A program made the translations under genes and the position numbers. Shown here one piece after another: positions 37,844 through 47,889 of a stretch of DNA of 64,000 nucleotides; the first letter of the stretch is position 1, and the number at the start of each line of letters is the position of its first letter. This DNA comes from a virus: IMG/VR virus record IMGVR_UViG_3300047323_000304, positions 32,001 through 96,000 of that record; one strand, 5' to 3'. The notes under the pieces are model-generated. The model saw nothing but the letters and a program-made list of their open reading frames with translations, did not search any database and had not been told where the DNA came from.

Positions 37844-39457
37844 TTAATTTAATTGTAATGGAATATATGAGCCAGTATTTGTAGCAACTAATTCATCATA
37901 TTCAAATGGTTTAAATCCAAATTCCATTACTAATTCTTGTTCTTTCTTAGACATATCACTATATCTTTTTGTCATAAAATCATCAGGTAGCCAGTTTTTA
38001 CCTTTACCTGCCAAAATATTCAGTTGTTTTAATAAATTTTCATCTTTATACTTCACATGGATTGTACCTTTATGGTAAACATCAAGATAAAAGAACTCAG
38101 CATCTATATTTTTTTCACAATGTTGTATTTTATTTCTTATTTCATCTGTGTCTAATATGTATTTCTTCCCTGTCAAATTATTAAATATTATAGTTAAATC
38201 TTTTAATACGTCTGGCACACATTGAAAAGAATATTCTAAATAACAAGGTATTATATTTTTGCCTTTTATCATATAAGCATTATTTGTCCTCCACCCAGAA
38301 TACATATGTATGTTTTTGTTCCATGAAGCATCTGTATAACTATATTTACTAGTTAATTTATCAAATACTTCTGCAACAGTGCTTTCGTAAGATTTTGGAA
38401 TAGAACTCATAATTTTCTCATAAAAATATCTACAATTTTCAATTGTAAAAGGTATATCTTCTTGTCTTTCCATATTATAAGAAAAATCATTTCTTAATTT
38501 AGATGGAAGTCTTGACATAAAATCTGTTTCAGTTATAAACTTTTGCCAGTACTCTAGTGTCAATTTTGAGATATAGTCATTAATTTTTATATGTGTCCGA
38601 GATAAGGTTTCACTATCCATTATGCCTATTTCTTGTTTTATATTTAATCCTTTAAATAAATGTTTAATACGTTCTCTCTCTTCATATAGTTTTATTACTG
38701 AATTTTTGCAAATATTATATTCCATTACTAATTGCTGTAATTTACTCATTTTTGGCATAACAGATTTAAAACTGTAATCTGAATTGATATTTATATTCTC
38801 TCTTTTAAAATTCTGTTCAAACATAGTTTCGGTGTTTTTCATTGGTATTTTCAAATATATTATTGCAATTTCAACATCAGTCTTTCTTTCTGAGTATATA
38901 AATGCTTCCTGTATATATTCTATATCTGCATTATATTCATCTAATTTGTTTAGTAATTCTATTCTTTCTTTGGAATAAGGGTTTTTTATTGTTTCTGCAT
39001 TTATTATACAAAGTATCTTACCACCTATTCTTTCTTGAATACATATTGATTTTAGCAAATGTTTTGTTCCATTGCTAAAAGGAACGTTTTGAATTATTAA
39101 GTCATAAAATCTTGGTGCATCAAAAGTTAAATAATCATTCCATATAACATTATAATTTTGTCCTCTTAATAAACTATTCAATGTTTCATCGTATTCTATA
39201 ACATCAAATTTAACATATTTATCTATATCTGTTTCTGGATTACTATATTTTGACTTATATTTGTTCTTTTCTTTTAAATAGTATTCTTTATAGGCTTGTA
39301 TTATATCTCCTTTTCCACACTCAGGTTCTAATATGTACTTACATTTACTAAATCCATAGTTATCTGATTGTAACTTATCCAACATTTTAAAGACAAGTTC
39401 TTTTGGAGTCGGATAGAAGTCTTGGTTGTTATCAAACATTATTATCATTCCTTTCAT
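37844..39457 (-). CDS. Class I SAM-dependent (DNA adenine-type) methyltransferase with DUF4942-like C-terminus
   Basis: FYPTP, ILEPECGKGDI, IIQNVPF; C-terminal YHKGTIHVKY...LNILAGKGKNWLP. Confidence 0.8.
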   Translation of the reverse strand: MKGMIIMFDNNQDFYPTPKELVFKMLDKLQSDNYGFSKCKYILEPECGKGDIIQAYKEYYLKEKNKYKSKYSNPETDIDKYVKFDVIEYDETLNSLLRGQNYNVIWNDYLTFDAPRFYDLIIQNVPFSNGTKHLLKSICIQERIGGKILCIINAETIKNPYSKERIELLNKLDEYNADIEYIQEAFIYSERKTDVEIAIIYLKIPMKNTETMFEQNFKRENININSDYSFKSVMPKMSKLQQLVMEYNICKNSVIKLYEERERIKHLFKGLNIKQEIGIMDSETLSRTHIKINDYISKLTLEYWQKFITETDFMSRLPSKLRNDFSYNMERQEDIPFTIENCRYFYEKIMSSIPKSYESTVAEVFDKLTSKYSYTDASWNKNIHMYSGWRTNNAYMIKGKNIIPCYLEYSFQCVPDVLKDLTIIFNNLTGKKYILDTDEIRNKIQHCEKNIDAEFFYLDVYHKGTIHVKYKDENLLKQLNILAGKGKNWLPDDFMTKRYSDMSKKEQELVMEFGFKPFEYDELVATNTGSYIPLQLN

Positions 39458-39580
39458 TATCTATAATTTATTTAGTTTTCTATATTATAGTAACATATCC
39501 ATTAATTTATTGCAACATTATTTTTAATTTATTTTATAAATTTAGATATAAGAAAAGACGAGTTCCCTCGCCTAATCTAT

Positions 39581-39820
39581 TTATTCTATTAATGCTAATT
39601 CTTCATATATTGCTATATAAGTATGTCCTTGTGGGATATTTAAAGCCTCAGAAGGTGGTAATTCTTCAAAATAATTATCCATATAGATATAATATAAATC
39701 TGTATCGTCAGAATTATGTATTAATTTAACTATACCTTTTTCTCCAATTGCTTCAGGATGAACATTATCTTTATGTGGCATTATTAGAACTTTACTATTT
39801 AGTTTTATATTTTGTATCAT
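39581..39820 (-). CDS. Hypothetical protein
   Basis: AGGTG RBS; co-oriented. Confidence 0.5.
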   Translation of the reverse strand: MIQNIKLNSKVLIMPHKDNVHPEAIGEKGIVKLIHNSDDTDLYYIYMDNYFEELPPSEALNIPQGHTYIAIYEELALIE

Positions 39821-39829
39821 TTAAATCAC

Positions 39830-40054
39830 CTACTTAAAATTAATTTTAAATTTACTAACTAAATAATCAGTAATTATAGAAATAGATGCTCCACCAACAA
39901 TAATTATTCCCATTTGGAAGTTACTACATTGTAAATTTCTATCATAATATAGCAATAATCCTAAAATCATTAACATCATTCCACCAGCATATAAGACTCC
40001 TACATATAGCATACATACTAGCCACTTTACTATTTTATATAAATTAATTTTCAT
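39830..40054 (-). CDS. Small two-TM membrane protein
   Basis: Two hydrophobic segments. Confidence 0.5.
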   Translation of the reverse strand: MKINLYKIVKWLVCMLYVGVLYAGGMMLMILGLLLYYDRNLQCSNFQMGIIIVGGASISIITDYLVSKFKINFK

Positions 40055-40205
40055 AATTAACCTTCTTTCTAACTTTGTATTTAATTTATTAACAAGCTTT
40101 TAAAAGTATGATTTTACAAGGATATTTTTGATTATTTCCCAAAATTAATTTGTAAAGTATTGATATTGCTTATGTGTATAATCAATTTTGGGAAATATAT
40201 TCAAT

Positions 40206-40862
40206 TTATTTAGTTGTAGATCCAAATCCACCTTGCCTAGTTTCTCCCTCATTAAATGAATCCCCATCTGTTAATAAGAATGGCATGAATAACATTTGAC
40301 ACATTCCATCACCTTGTTCAATTATCATTTCTTTGTTACCTTCATTTCTTAGCTTTACAAACATATGTCCTTCGTTTTTAGGGTTGTTATAGTAATCTCC
40401 ATCAATAACTCCTACTGTATTTGCAAGCCTACAATAATATTTAAATCCTAATCCACTTCTAGGAAAAGCCATTAATACTTCACCATCTTGCATATAAGCT
40501 TTTAATCCTGTAGGAACATTTATTTCTTCATTGGGTTGTAATGTAATATTGTAAGGTGCAAATATATCATATCCTGCCGACTTACTTGTACCACGTTTAG
40601 GTAGTTTTAATTCACAATCTAATATACTTTTTTCATCAAAATCTTTTAATCCTTGATCCATTGATACAAATTCAAATCCTCTTAATCTTTTAGGTTTTAT
40701 TACTTCTTTAATTGTTTCTTGCATTATTTTAGCCTCCATATCTATAATTGAATCATAATTGATTTTACTTTGTTGTCCTTGATAGCAATTAAGTCTATCT
40801 TTACAAAATCCACACATTCCTTTACACCTTAATCCATTTTCATACTCTTGTTTGTTTACCAT
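40206..40862 (-). CDS. dut: Trimeric dUTPase with N-terminal Cys-rich extension
   Basis: SAGYDI, PTGLK, RSGLG, VGVIDGDY, RQGGFGST. Confidence 0.93.
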   Translation of the reverse strand: MVNKQEYENGLRCKGMCGFCKDRLNCYQGQQSKINYDSIIDMEAKIMQETIKEVIKPKRLRGFEFVSMDQGLKDFDEKSILDCELKLPKRGTSKSAGYDIFAPYNITLQPNEEINVPTGLKAYMQDGEVLMAFPRSGLGFKYYCRLANTVGVIDGDYYNNPKNEGHMFVKLRNEGNKEMIIEQGDGMCQMLFMPFLLTDGDSFNEGETRQGGFGSTTK

Positions 40863-40913
40863 AATTCTTTCTCTCCTTCAATTCTTATCATATCAGTTTA
40901 ATATATTTTGTTT

Positions 40914-41141
40914 TTAACTATAAAATTCATCTAATAATATATAAATATCTTCTGCCAAAATTTCCATCTCTGATACTAGTTTATTTTCATATTCAGTAAA
41001 TTCATATTCATCGAGATTTCCTACAATACTGACTATTTTTTCCGCTATAGGTTTAATCTCTTTTGTTGTATCTTGAAGCCTAATAAATATATCTTTTAAT
41101 TCTGTAAGTTCTGATAATATTTTTGAATCTTGTTTATCCAT
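40914..41141 (-). CDS. Hypothetical protein
   Basis: Co-oriented ORF in early operon. Confidence 0.5.
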   Translation of the reverse strand: MDKQDSKILSELTELKDIFIRLQDTTKEIKPIAEKIVSIVGNLDEYEFTEYENKLVSEMEILAEDIYILLDEFYS

Positions 41142-41145
41142 TATT

Positions 41146-41538
41146 TTAATTCACATCCTCACTATTTGTTAAGCGTTTATATAATTCATGTCCTTGTCTA
41201 ATTCCAGTTAATTTATTACAAGTATATAGCATTAAAATATTTCTATTTTTTATTTCATCTTCTAGTAAATCTCTTTCATGGCAATATATTTGTTCAATAT
41301 AGTCATCATATTCTTTGATATATTTGTTATGAATTTCTTTATCATCTTGTTTATTTTGAATGTTCATTGACTTAAATTGTTTTAGTACTTCACTTAATAT
41401 ATTATCAATACTTTTACAGTTATTATTTTCATCTTTTATTGTTACATTAATTTGTTTTAATGCTTGTTCAATTGGACTAAAATCCTTATTAATGGACATT
41501 GCTAGAAATCTATGTCCAACAGTTTTTATACAATCCAT
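41146..41538 (-). CDS. Hypothetical protein
   Basis: AAGGAG RBS; co-oriented. Confidence 0.55.
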   Translation of the reverse strand: MDCIKTVGHRFLAMSINKDFSPIEQALKQINVTIKDENNNCKSIDNILSEVLKQFKSMNIQNKQDDKEIHNKYIKEYDDYIEQIYCHERDLLEDEIKNRNILMLYTCNKLTGIRQGHELYKRLTNSEDVN

Positions 41539-41594
41539 ATATTTAATCTCCTTTCATTGTATTTTAAAATGTAGTTTTTGTTGTCTTTTAATAT

Positions 41595-42359
41595 TTAATC
41601 AGTTATATCTATTTTTCTATGAATTAATGCTTGGTATACACTATCTGGTATTTCATTTTTATATTCTTCAGCTACTTCTACAAAAACATTTTCTCTAAAT
41701 TCTTTGTAAGCATTAAATGCTTCTATTTCAGTAGGAAAAGTACCTAAATAACATGATTTTTCATCACTACCTACTGCATTTGCAGAAAATGTTCCACTAT
41801 CCTTACGACTAGTTCCCAATAAGGTTTTCCCACGATAATTCTTTCTATTAATTAATAATAGATTTATTCTTTGAGGGATAAATACACAAATTTCAGGCGA
41901 ATATATTTTATTACCTTTATGTAGTATATCTTTATCAATCTCCATTCTTTCATTTCTAACTTCATAATAATTGTCTTTATACCATTGAGCATAGTTCTGA
42001 AAGTTTAACCATTCATCACATACTATACAACCTTCGTATGCACCTCTTTGTCTTTTAGGAATAAAACATCTTCCAAGCATATTATGCCAAGTTTTATATT
42101 CTATAGTATTTTTATTTGTTCCTAAACTAAGTTTATGTATACCCTCCCCTGTATAAGCGACACCATAAATTGTTTTATCGTATGGGTTCTTAATAACACC
42201 TTTTTTAAAGTTACTATATGTAGTTTGTTTAGTATGTTTGTGTTCATCTTGAAATTGAATGGTTATATTATTTGTATTTTTAAATTCTATTATTTTCATA
42301 ACTGTACCATGTTTATTCTTATTTTCTTCTCCAATATATTTACTATAATCTCTATTCAT
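41595..42359 (-). CDS. Free-standing HNH-type homing endonuclease (AP2-like C-terminus)
   Basis: WHNMLGRC...YEGCIVCDEWLNFQNYAQW...IDKDIL..GNKIYSPEICVFIP..IN; YLGTFPTEIEAFNAY. Confidence 0.85.
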   Translation of the reverse strand: MNRDYSKYIGEENKNKHGTVMKIIEFKNTNNITIQFQDEHKHTKQTTYSNFKKGVIKNPYDKTIYGVAYTGEGIHKLSLGTNKNTIEYKTWHNMLGRCFIPKRQRGAYEGCIVCDEWLNFQNYAQWYKDNYYEVRNERMEIDKDILHKGNKIYSPEICVFIPQRINLLLINRKNYRGKTLLGTSRKDSGTFSANAVGSDEKSCYLGTFPTEIEAFNAYKEFRENVFVEVAEEYKNEIPDSVYQALIHRKIDITD

Positions 42360-42506
42360 TCTATCTCCTTTTTAATTTATTTTATTTGTAAAGTTCCCTT
42401 AAATTATCTGTTTTATGAAAACATTTTGTATATTATGCAATAAAAAGTGAATATTATAACATATTTATACACTAATTTTACATAATATACGTTGTTAGTT
42501 TTTAAT

Positions 42507-45304
42507 TTATTTTGTTAATTCTATAATATACTGATTGCTTGAACCATACATAGGATTATCACATTTTTTATCAAGCTCAAACTTCCCACATATTATTTTA
42601 TCAATATATTTAGTTGCTTCAAAATCTTTAATATCATCATATTCATAGCCAGTCCAAACATAAATACTGCAATCTGGAATTTCATTTCTTACACGTTTAA
42701 CAATATCTAATAATTCGTTTTTGTTATATGGAGCAAATGGTTCTCCTCCAAGAAGGGATAACGCTTTTCTTTCTTTACAAAGATTAACAATTACATCAAT
42801 ATCTAATTTAAAATTATTATCATGTTCCCATAAAGATTCATTATGGCACATATAACATTTATGAGGGCAACCTTTAAACCATGCAGAAACTCTTAATCCA
42901 TCACCATTTAGTATTTCAAAATCATGAATTCCTTCTGAAATCTCTCTACCATAATGTACTTCTCTTTGTTCATCTTCTTGTTTTTTACCATCATTTACTC
43001 TAGTATCTCCATCTATTTCATAATAAGAAAGATAACCACAGACACGATCCACTACTATTAATTTTGTACTACCACATTTATCACAATGAGGATTTGATTT
43101 GTCATATTCTATAACACTTCTGCCACATTCTTTGCATGTTACTGAGTCAAAATTAACTCCTTCATATAATCCCATTTTCATAGCTTGTCTTGTTACTTGT
43201 GATATTGCTTTTAAATTATGGTTAATTGGATATTCACTATAAAAAATATGTCCAGCATTACTTAAATCAAACATTGGTTTTTCAATTCTCATCTTTTCAA
43301 ATGGATCAACTTTAGCAGTAACATTTACATGAAAACTATTCATTATGTATTTTTTATCTGTGACTCCTTTTATAATTCCAAAATGTTCAAACTCTTTATT
43401 TCTACAAGTCTCGGCATAACCTTCTATTGGACTACCATAGATTGCAAACATTAATCCATATTCTTTTATAGCCTCATCTTTCCATTTATTTAGATGCTCT
43501 AAGACTTCTATCGCAAATGAATTATCTTCGTGTATTTCTTTTCCTGTCATTAATAAACTAACTTCATTTAACCCTAGATAACCATATGACCATGTAAAAG
43601 TCTTAATTACTTCTTCTATTGTATCAGTTGGTTTTAATCTCATATGACAACCACCATCACAAAAGAATAATGGATTTGAACTTGCTTCTACATTTTTCAT
43701 TCTGTCAAATTGCCATAAATGACCTTCAGTTGCTAAGTCAAAATATTCTTTTAAAGTTTTAAAATATGCTTCTTTATCTTTTGTGTGTCTGTATAATAAT
43801 GCTGGTCTTACTGTATTAATTGTTATTGCTCCACAGTTTGCACGACCATTAAAAACTGGTTCTCCTTTTTCATTAAACCATACTGACAAATACGCTCTAC
43901 ACATGTTCTCTAATATTACTATTAGCATTGACTATATCATCTCTCCGACTCACCACGTCATCAACAAGCCCTTCGCTTGGAATTGGTGCTTATCTCCAAT
44001 CCTACTCTGCTACACTCATCACAGATAGTCGATACACATTTATCTATATTACTATAGAATTTAGCACGGTCTCAGCTTTAATATGTTATTAAAGTCCTAA
44101 CCGTTAGCATTACAATTAAGTAACACACCCTATAAGCTAGGTTCAAAGGGTTTTACATGGGCTAGTAGTTTTACAGACCCATTGGTGCTAAGGCATAACC
44201 ATACGTTTTCCATATGTATCCACAATAACCTTCATCTAATGAAAGCATATCTGGATATGCACGTTTTGCTCTACATTCAATAGCTAAGTCATATAAATCT
44301 TCATTTATTCCACCTTCACCATGAATTTCATCTCTATAAAAGAAAACTATCTTAGGAAATATTGCAGTTTGTTTTTTCTTTCCACAACCTTTTAATCTAG
44401 TTTCTAAAATAATTCTAGTTACAAATCTTGCCCAAAAGGTTGTTCTATTTCCTAATGCTATTGTTTCAAAAGGTACTTGCATATTAGAATTAGAAATCGA
44501 GTTTAATCTAGTTTCAATACCATTCCATCTTTTTCTAAATGCTCTTTCAACAAATTTCATTGCCATATCTTTTATCTTTTCTTCTGAAATATCCTCATCT
44601 TTTAGTTGATTTGTATAATATGTAATTGATTTATCATAAGCATTTTCTAAAGCCCCTTCTAATACATGATCAATTTCATTGATAGTAAATCCCCCATATT
44701 CTTGTGAACTAGCTTCTAATAGTACATCTGATAATACGCCTAAATAAGCTTCAATACTTTCTGCATCATCATATTCTAATCCATTGATAACAGGGTTGTT
44801 ATCAATAACAGTTTTCATATCAAATAGGCAACAATTTATTCCTCCAAAATATCTATCAGAAACATCATGGAACTTTATTTTATTATCTTTATGTGCATCT
44901 GCTAACTTCTTTGGTAATATACGATTTAACATTTCACTTGTTATATATGTATCTAAAGTTAGTCCTTTTTTAGTAGATACTAATTGTGAATTTTTATTAG
45001 CATTTTCCCTACTAACAGTTGTTAATATTTTATCTGTTTCATGTCTAAGTTCTGTATTTCTTTTATATTCTTGTACACATCTATAATCTTCATAAGATAT
45101 AGCAATATCTTTAAATCCATATTCAATTAATGAATTAACTACTAGTTTTTCAATTTCAGATACTGTTAGTTCTTTATTAATATGTTGTATATCCTCAGCT
45201 ATCATTGTTGCAACTGATTTCTTGCCTCCAGCCTTTACTATTGCACTTTCAATTCTTTTAATGTCAAAATCTTGTTTAACACCTGTTCTTTTTATTACAT
45301 ACAT
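42507..45304 (-). CDS. nrdD: Anaerobic ribonucleoside-triphosphate reductase NrdD (spliced: 45304-44177 + 43901-42507) fused in frame to NrdG-like radical-SAM activase; 840 aa predicted
   Basis: ATP cone (YVIKRTG..FDI.RI..AI); spliced PMG|CR; glycyl motif RVCGYL; then NGDGLRV..WFKGCPHKCYMCHN...LSLLGGEPF in the same frame. Confidence 0.9.
43902..44176 (-). ncRNA. ORF-less group I intron (275 nt) in nrdD
   Basis: 5' exon ends in U, intron ends in G; P1 AUGGGU/GCCCAU with U.G at splice site; P7 GACUAU (44030-44025) / GAUAUAGUC (43938-43930); removal restores M-G-C-R. Confidence 0.92.
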
Positions 45305-45364
45305 TTAACCACTCTCTTTCATTATTTTTAATTTATTATATAAACTATTTTCATAGTTATAAGC

Positions 45365-45559
45365 TTATTCTAATACTAATTTAGTATCATTGACTTCTCC
45401 ACAATGAGAACATGTAACATATGGTCTACCCATTTTTACTGAAATTCTAGCTTCATTATATGAGTCACATTTTCCACAGATATAATGAATTTTAGGTGAT
45501 TTACCAAATAACATTGTTAAACTTAAATTTAACATTTGTAAGCTTTTTACTGTTACCAT
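45365..45559 (-). CDS. Small zinc-ribbon protein
   Basis: CGKC...CSHC. Confidence 0.6.
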   Translation of the reverse strand: MVTVKSLQMLNLSLTMLFGKSPKIHYICGKCDSYNEARISVKMGRPYVTCSHCGEVNDTKLVLE

Positions 45560-45574
45560 TAATTAATCCCCTCC

Positions 45575-45760
45575 TTATGGTTCAAATTTAAATAATTCAT
45601 AATCATTTTCAACTAATCTATAATAGTTATTACTATCTTCACCAGCTTTTTCATTTAAAAATTCGACTATTTGTTTGCCATAATAGTTATTTACATTTTC
45701 ACAAACTAAGACATCGTCATATATTTCTCTATCATAATTATCTACACATATTATTTTCAT
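45575..45760 (-). CDS. Small hypothetical phage protein
   Basis: MKIICVDNYDRE...; GGAGGG RBS. Confidence 0.65.
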   Translation of the reverse strand: MKIICVDNYDREIYDDVLVCENVNNYYGKQIVEFLNEKAGEDSNNYYRLVENDYELFKFEP

Positions 45761-45764
45761 TTAA

Positions 45765-46082
45765 TTAATCCTCCTTAACGAAACTAATATTATCAATATT
45801 TCCAGTTAAAACAAAAATATTGTTAGTTAACATACCTACATCTAAACACATTTTTCCTTCAACTTCTTGCCCTTCTATATCAGTCAATTGCATAGTAATA
45901 GGAGTATTTAAGAATTGTTCTAATTGACCATGCTCCTCATGCCATTTTTTATCTTCTTCTAATGTCTCCATTAAATCTTTAATTGTTGGATAATCTCTAA
46001 ATCCATTATCTTGTATGTATAGTTTTACTTCATTAACCTTATCTGTTTCTGCAATAATCACTTTTGCTTGTTTTGTTTCCAT
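45765..46082 (-). CDS. Hypothetical protein
   Basis: GGAGAG RBS; co-oriented. Confidence 0.55.
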   Translation of the reverse strand: METKQAKVIIAETDKVNEVKLYIQDNGFRDYPTIKDLMETLEEDKKWHEEHGQLEQFLNTPITMQLTDIEGQEVEGKMCLDVGMLTNNIFVLTGNIDNISFVKED

Positions 46083-46196
46083 TTCTCATTCTCTCCTTTT
46101 TATAATTATTTGGTATAATATTACTTTATCATATAATATATAAACCGTCTATCTTTATTTTTAATTTATTTTCTCTTGATAAAATCAGCACTTTAT

Positions 46197-46787
46197 TTAC
46201 AGTAATATCCATTCTTTTGATTCAATATCTTTTATGGTAAATTCACTATCCTTGTCGTAAAAATAACCATCTAATTCACAACCATTATCATTCTTCATAT
46301 GTTCTTTAGCTGTTTTAAAATCAAAATATTCAACCTTGTTCTTTTCTTTTAATTCAGTTACATATTTATAAATGTTTTGTAACCAGTCAATTATTATTGG
46401 TAAATTGTCATATGTAAAATCACAATTATCCTTAACATATATAAGTGAATATTTATTCTTTATTAATTCAGCAAATTCTTCTTCTTCATAAGCATTTAAA
46501 GTTAATCCATCTATAGAATCTTTCAATAGCTCATAAACTGATTTCTCATTATCTTTGTTCATTTTATTATCACGCTCTTTTCTTTCTTCAACTAATTCTA
46601 ACATATCATATGCCCAACGTGTTTCACCATTATCTAATGCTAATCTATAACCATTGTCATATCTTATTATAGTAGTTTCTTGATTAGAATGCTTTAAATG
46701 CATATTAGTAACTTTTATACTTCCATAACAATATCCTCTATTTAAATTATTTTTAATTCTAACTTTGTTCCCTTTTTGATAACTCAT
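46197..46787 (-). CDS. Hypothetical protein (SH3/KOW-like N-terminus)
   Basis: GGAGG RBS; YQKGNKVRIK...WAYDMLELV. Confidence 0.55.
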   Translation of the reverse strand: MSYQKGNKVRIKNNLNRGYCYGSIKVTNMHLKHSNQETTIIRYDNGYRLALDNGETRWAYDMLELVEERKERDNKMNKDNEKSVYELLKDSIDGLTLNAYEEEEFAELIKNKYSLIYVKDNCDFTYDNLPIIIDWLQNIYKYVTELKEKNKVEYFDFKTAKEHMKNDNGCELDGYFYDKDSEFTIKDIESKEWILL

Positions 46788-46839
46788 ATTCGTTTTACCT
46801 CCTAAATTTTAATTCTTAATTTATTATATTCAAGTAAAT

Positions 46840-47106
46840 CTATTCTTTTATTTTATCCTGCTTGTTAACAAATTGCATTAACTCATTATAAATATCTTCA
46901 TATTTTATATCTCCATCTTCCTCATTGTATACTGCACTTTCAAAAATTTCAGAGCCATTATCCCATATTGTTACTTGCAATGTACAATTTATTTCATCGG
47001 ATACTATATTTTTTATTTTTTGTAAAACTAAATTTAAATCTGTAGTTATTAAAGAAGTGTCTTCTCCATAACATTCTAAAACTTGATATACATTCATTTT
47101 ATTCAT
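46840..47106 (-). CDS. Hypothetical protein
   Basis: AAGGA RBS; co-oriented. Confidence 0.5.
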   Translation of the reverse strand: MNKMNVYQVLECYGEDTSLITTDLNLVLQKIKNIVSDEINCTLQVTIWDNGSEIFESAVYNEEDGDIKYEDIYNELMQFVNKQDKIKE

Positions 47107-47273
47107 CCTTTCTTTATAATTTATTTAATAATTTATCACTCATTAACTATACAATTATAACTGTTCCTATCAATCTTAAATACGTAATATCATTTACTAT
47201 AAATATACTGGTTAAAAGTAATATATCTAATGTCAATCCTAATCTTTTTCTTTTGGTCATTCGTTTATTCATA

Positions 47274-47861
47274 CTATTTTACCTCATTTACTATGTACCC
47301 ACGTATCTTTTTAACTCCATAAGAATTTGCTCGTTTCTTCCACTGTTCTCTAGTCTCACCATCTAGTCTGGTAACATATAAATCTATGTGGTTAGAATTA
47401 TTAAAATTATTTCCACCTTTATCTGAAACAATCCTTAAACCATAATCTTTTTCTAAAAATATTTTAGTTCCTAATGGTAATACATTATTTGCAATGACTC
47501 CTCTTTCTAAAGGTTTTCCCTTACAATCTACATTTCCATGTATACTGTTTTCTTCTTCAAGTCCTGTATAAAAACTGACTGTAAACTCTTGCCATTGTGG
47601 TTCATTTATCTTTTGTTCTTCTAACTCTTTCTGATTTCTCAGTCGTTCTTTTTCAGTTTTCTTTTTATCTAGTTCCAATTTGTCTTTTTCAAACTGTTCT
47701 TGTATTGGATTGATTAATAATCCAAATCTATCTTTATGTACCATTCCCTCTGTATCTTTTACAACTACTTGCGTTGTCTGGAACGGTGATATGTTGCTTT
47801 CTGTTGGAAATGTGAAAAGTAAAGTTATAGAAAGCATACATACAATCCTGTTCTTCAACAT
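47274..47861 (-). CDS. 3D-domain (MltA-like) exported protein
   Basis: N-terminal hydrophobic anchor; FTVSFYT...GVIANNVLPLGTKI...VSDKGG...HIDLYV. Confidence 0.8.
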   Translation of the reverse strand: MLKNRIVCMLSITLLFTFPTESNISPFQTTQVVVKDTEGMVHKDRFGLLINPIQEQFEKDKLELDKKKTEKERLRNQKELEEQKINEPQWQEFTVSFYTGLEEENSIHGNVDCKGKPLERGVIANNVLPLGTKIFLEKDYGLRIVSDKGGNNFNNSNHIDLYVTRLDGETREQWKKRANSYGVKKIRGYIVNEVK

Positions 47862-47889
47862 CTAATCATTCCTTCCTAAGTATATTCAA

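Noticed and set aside
41146-41538. Tape-measure-like motif (LKQINVTIKDENNNCKSIDNIL)
   Set aside because: Too short to assign; the ORF lies in the early arm
43783-44028. + strand 81-aa ORF over the intron
   Set aside because: Antisense to nrdD and the intron core; no nuclease motif
47231-47250. Fifth copy of the repeated promoter element
   Set aside because: Degenerate, and lies inside a plausible 44-aa ORF
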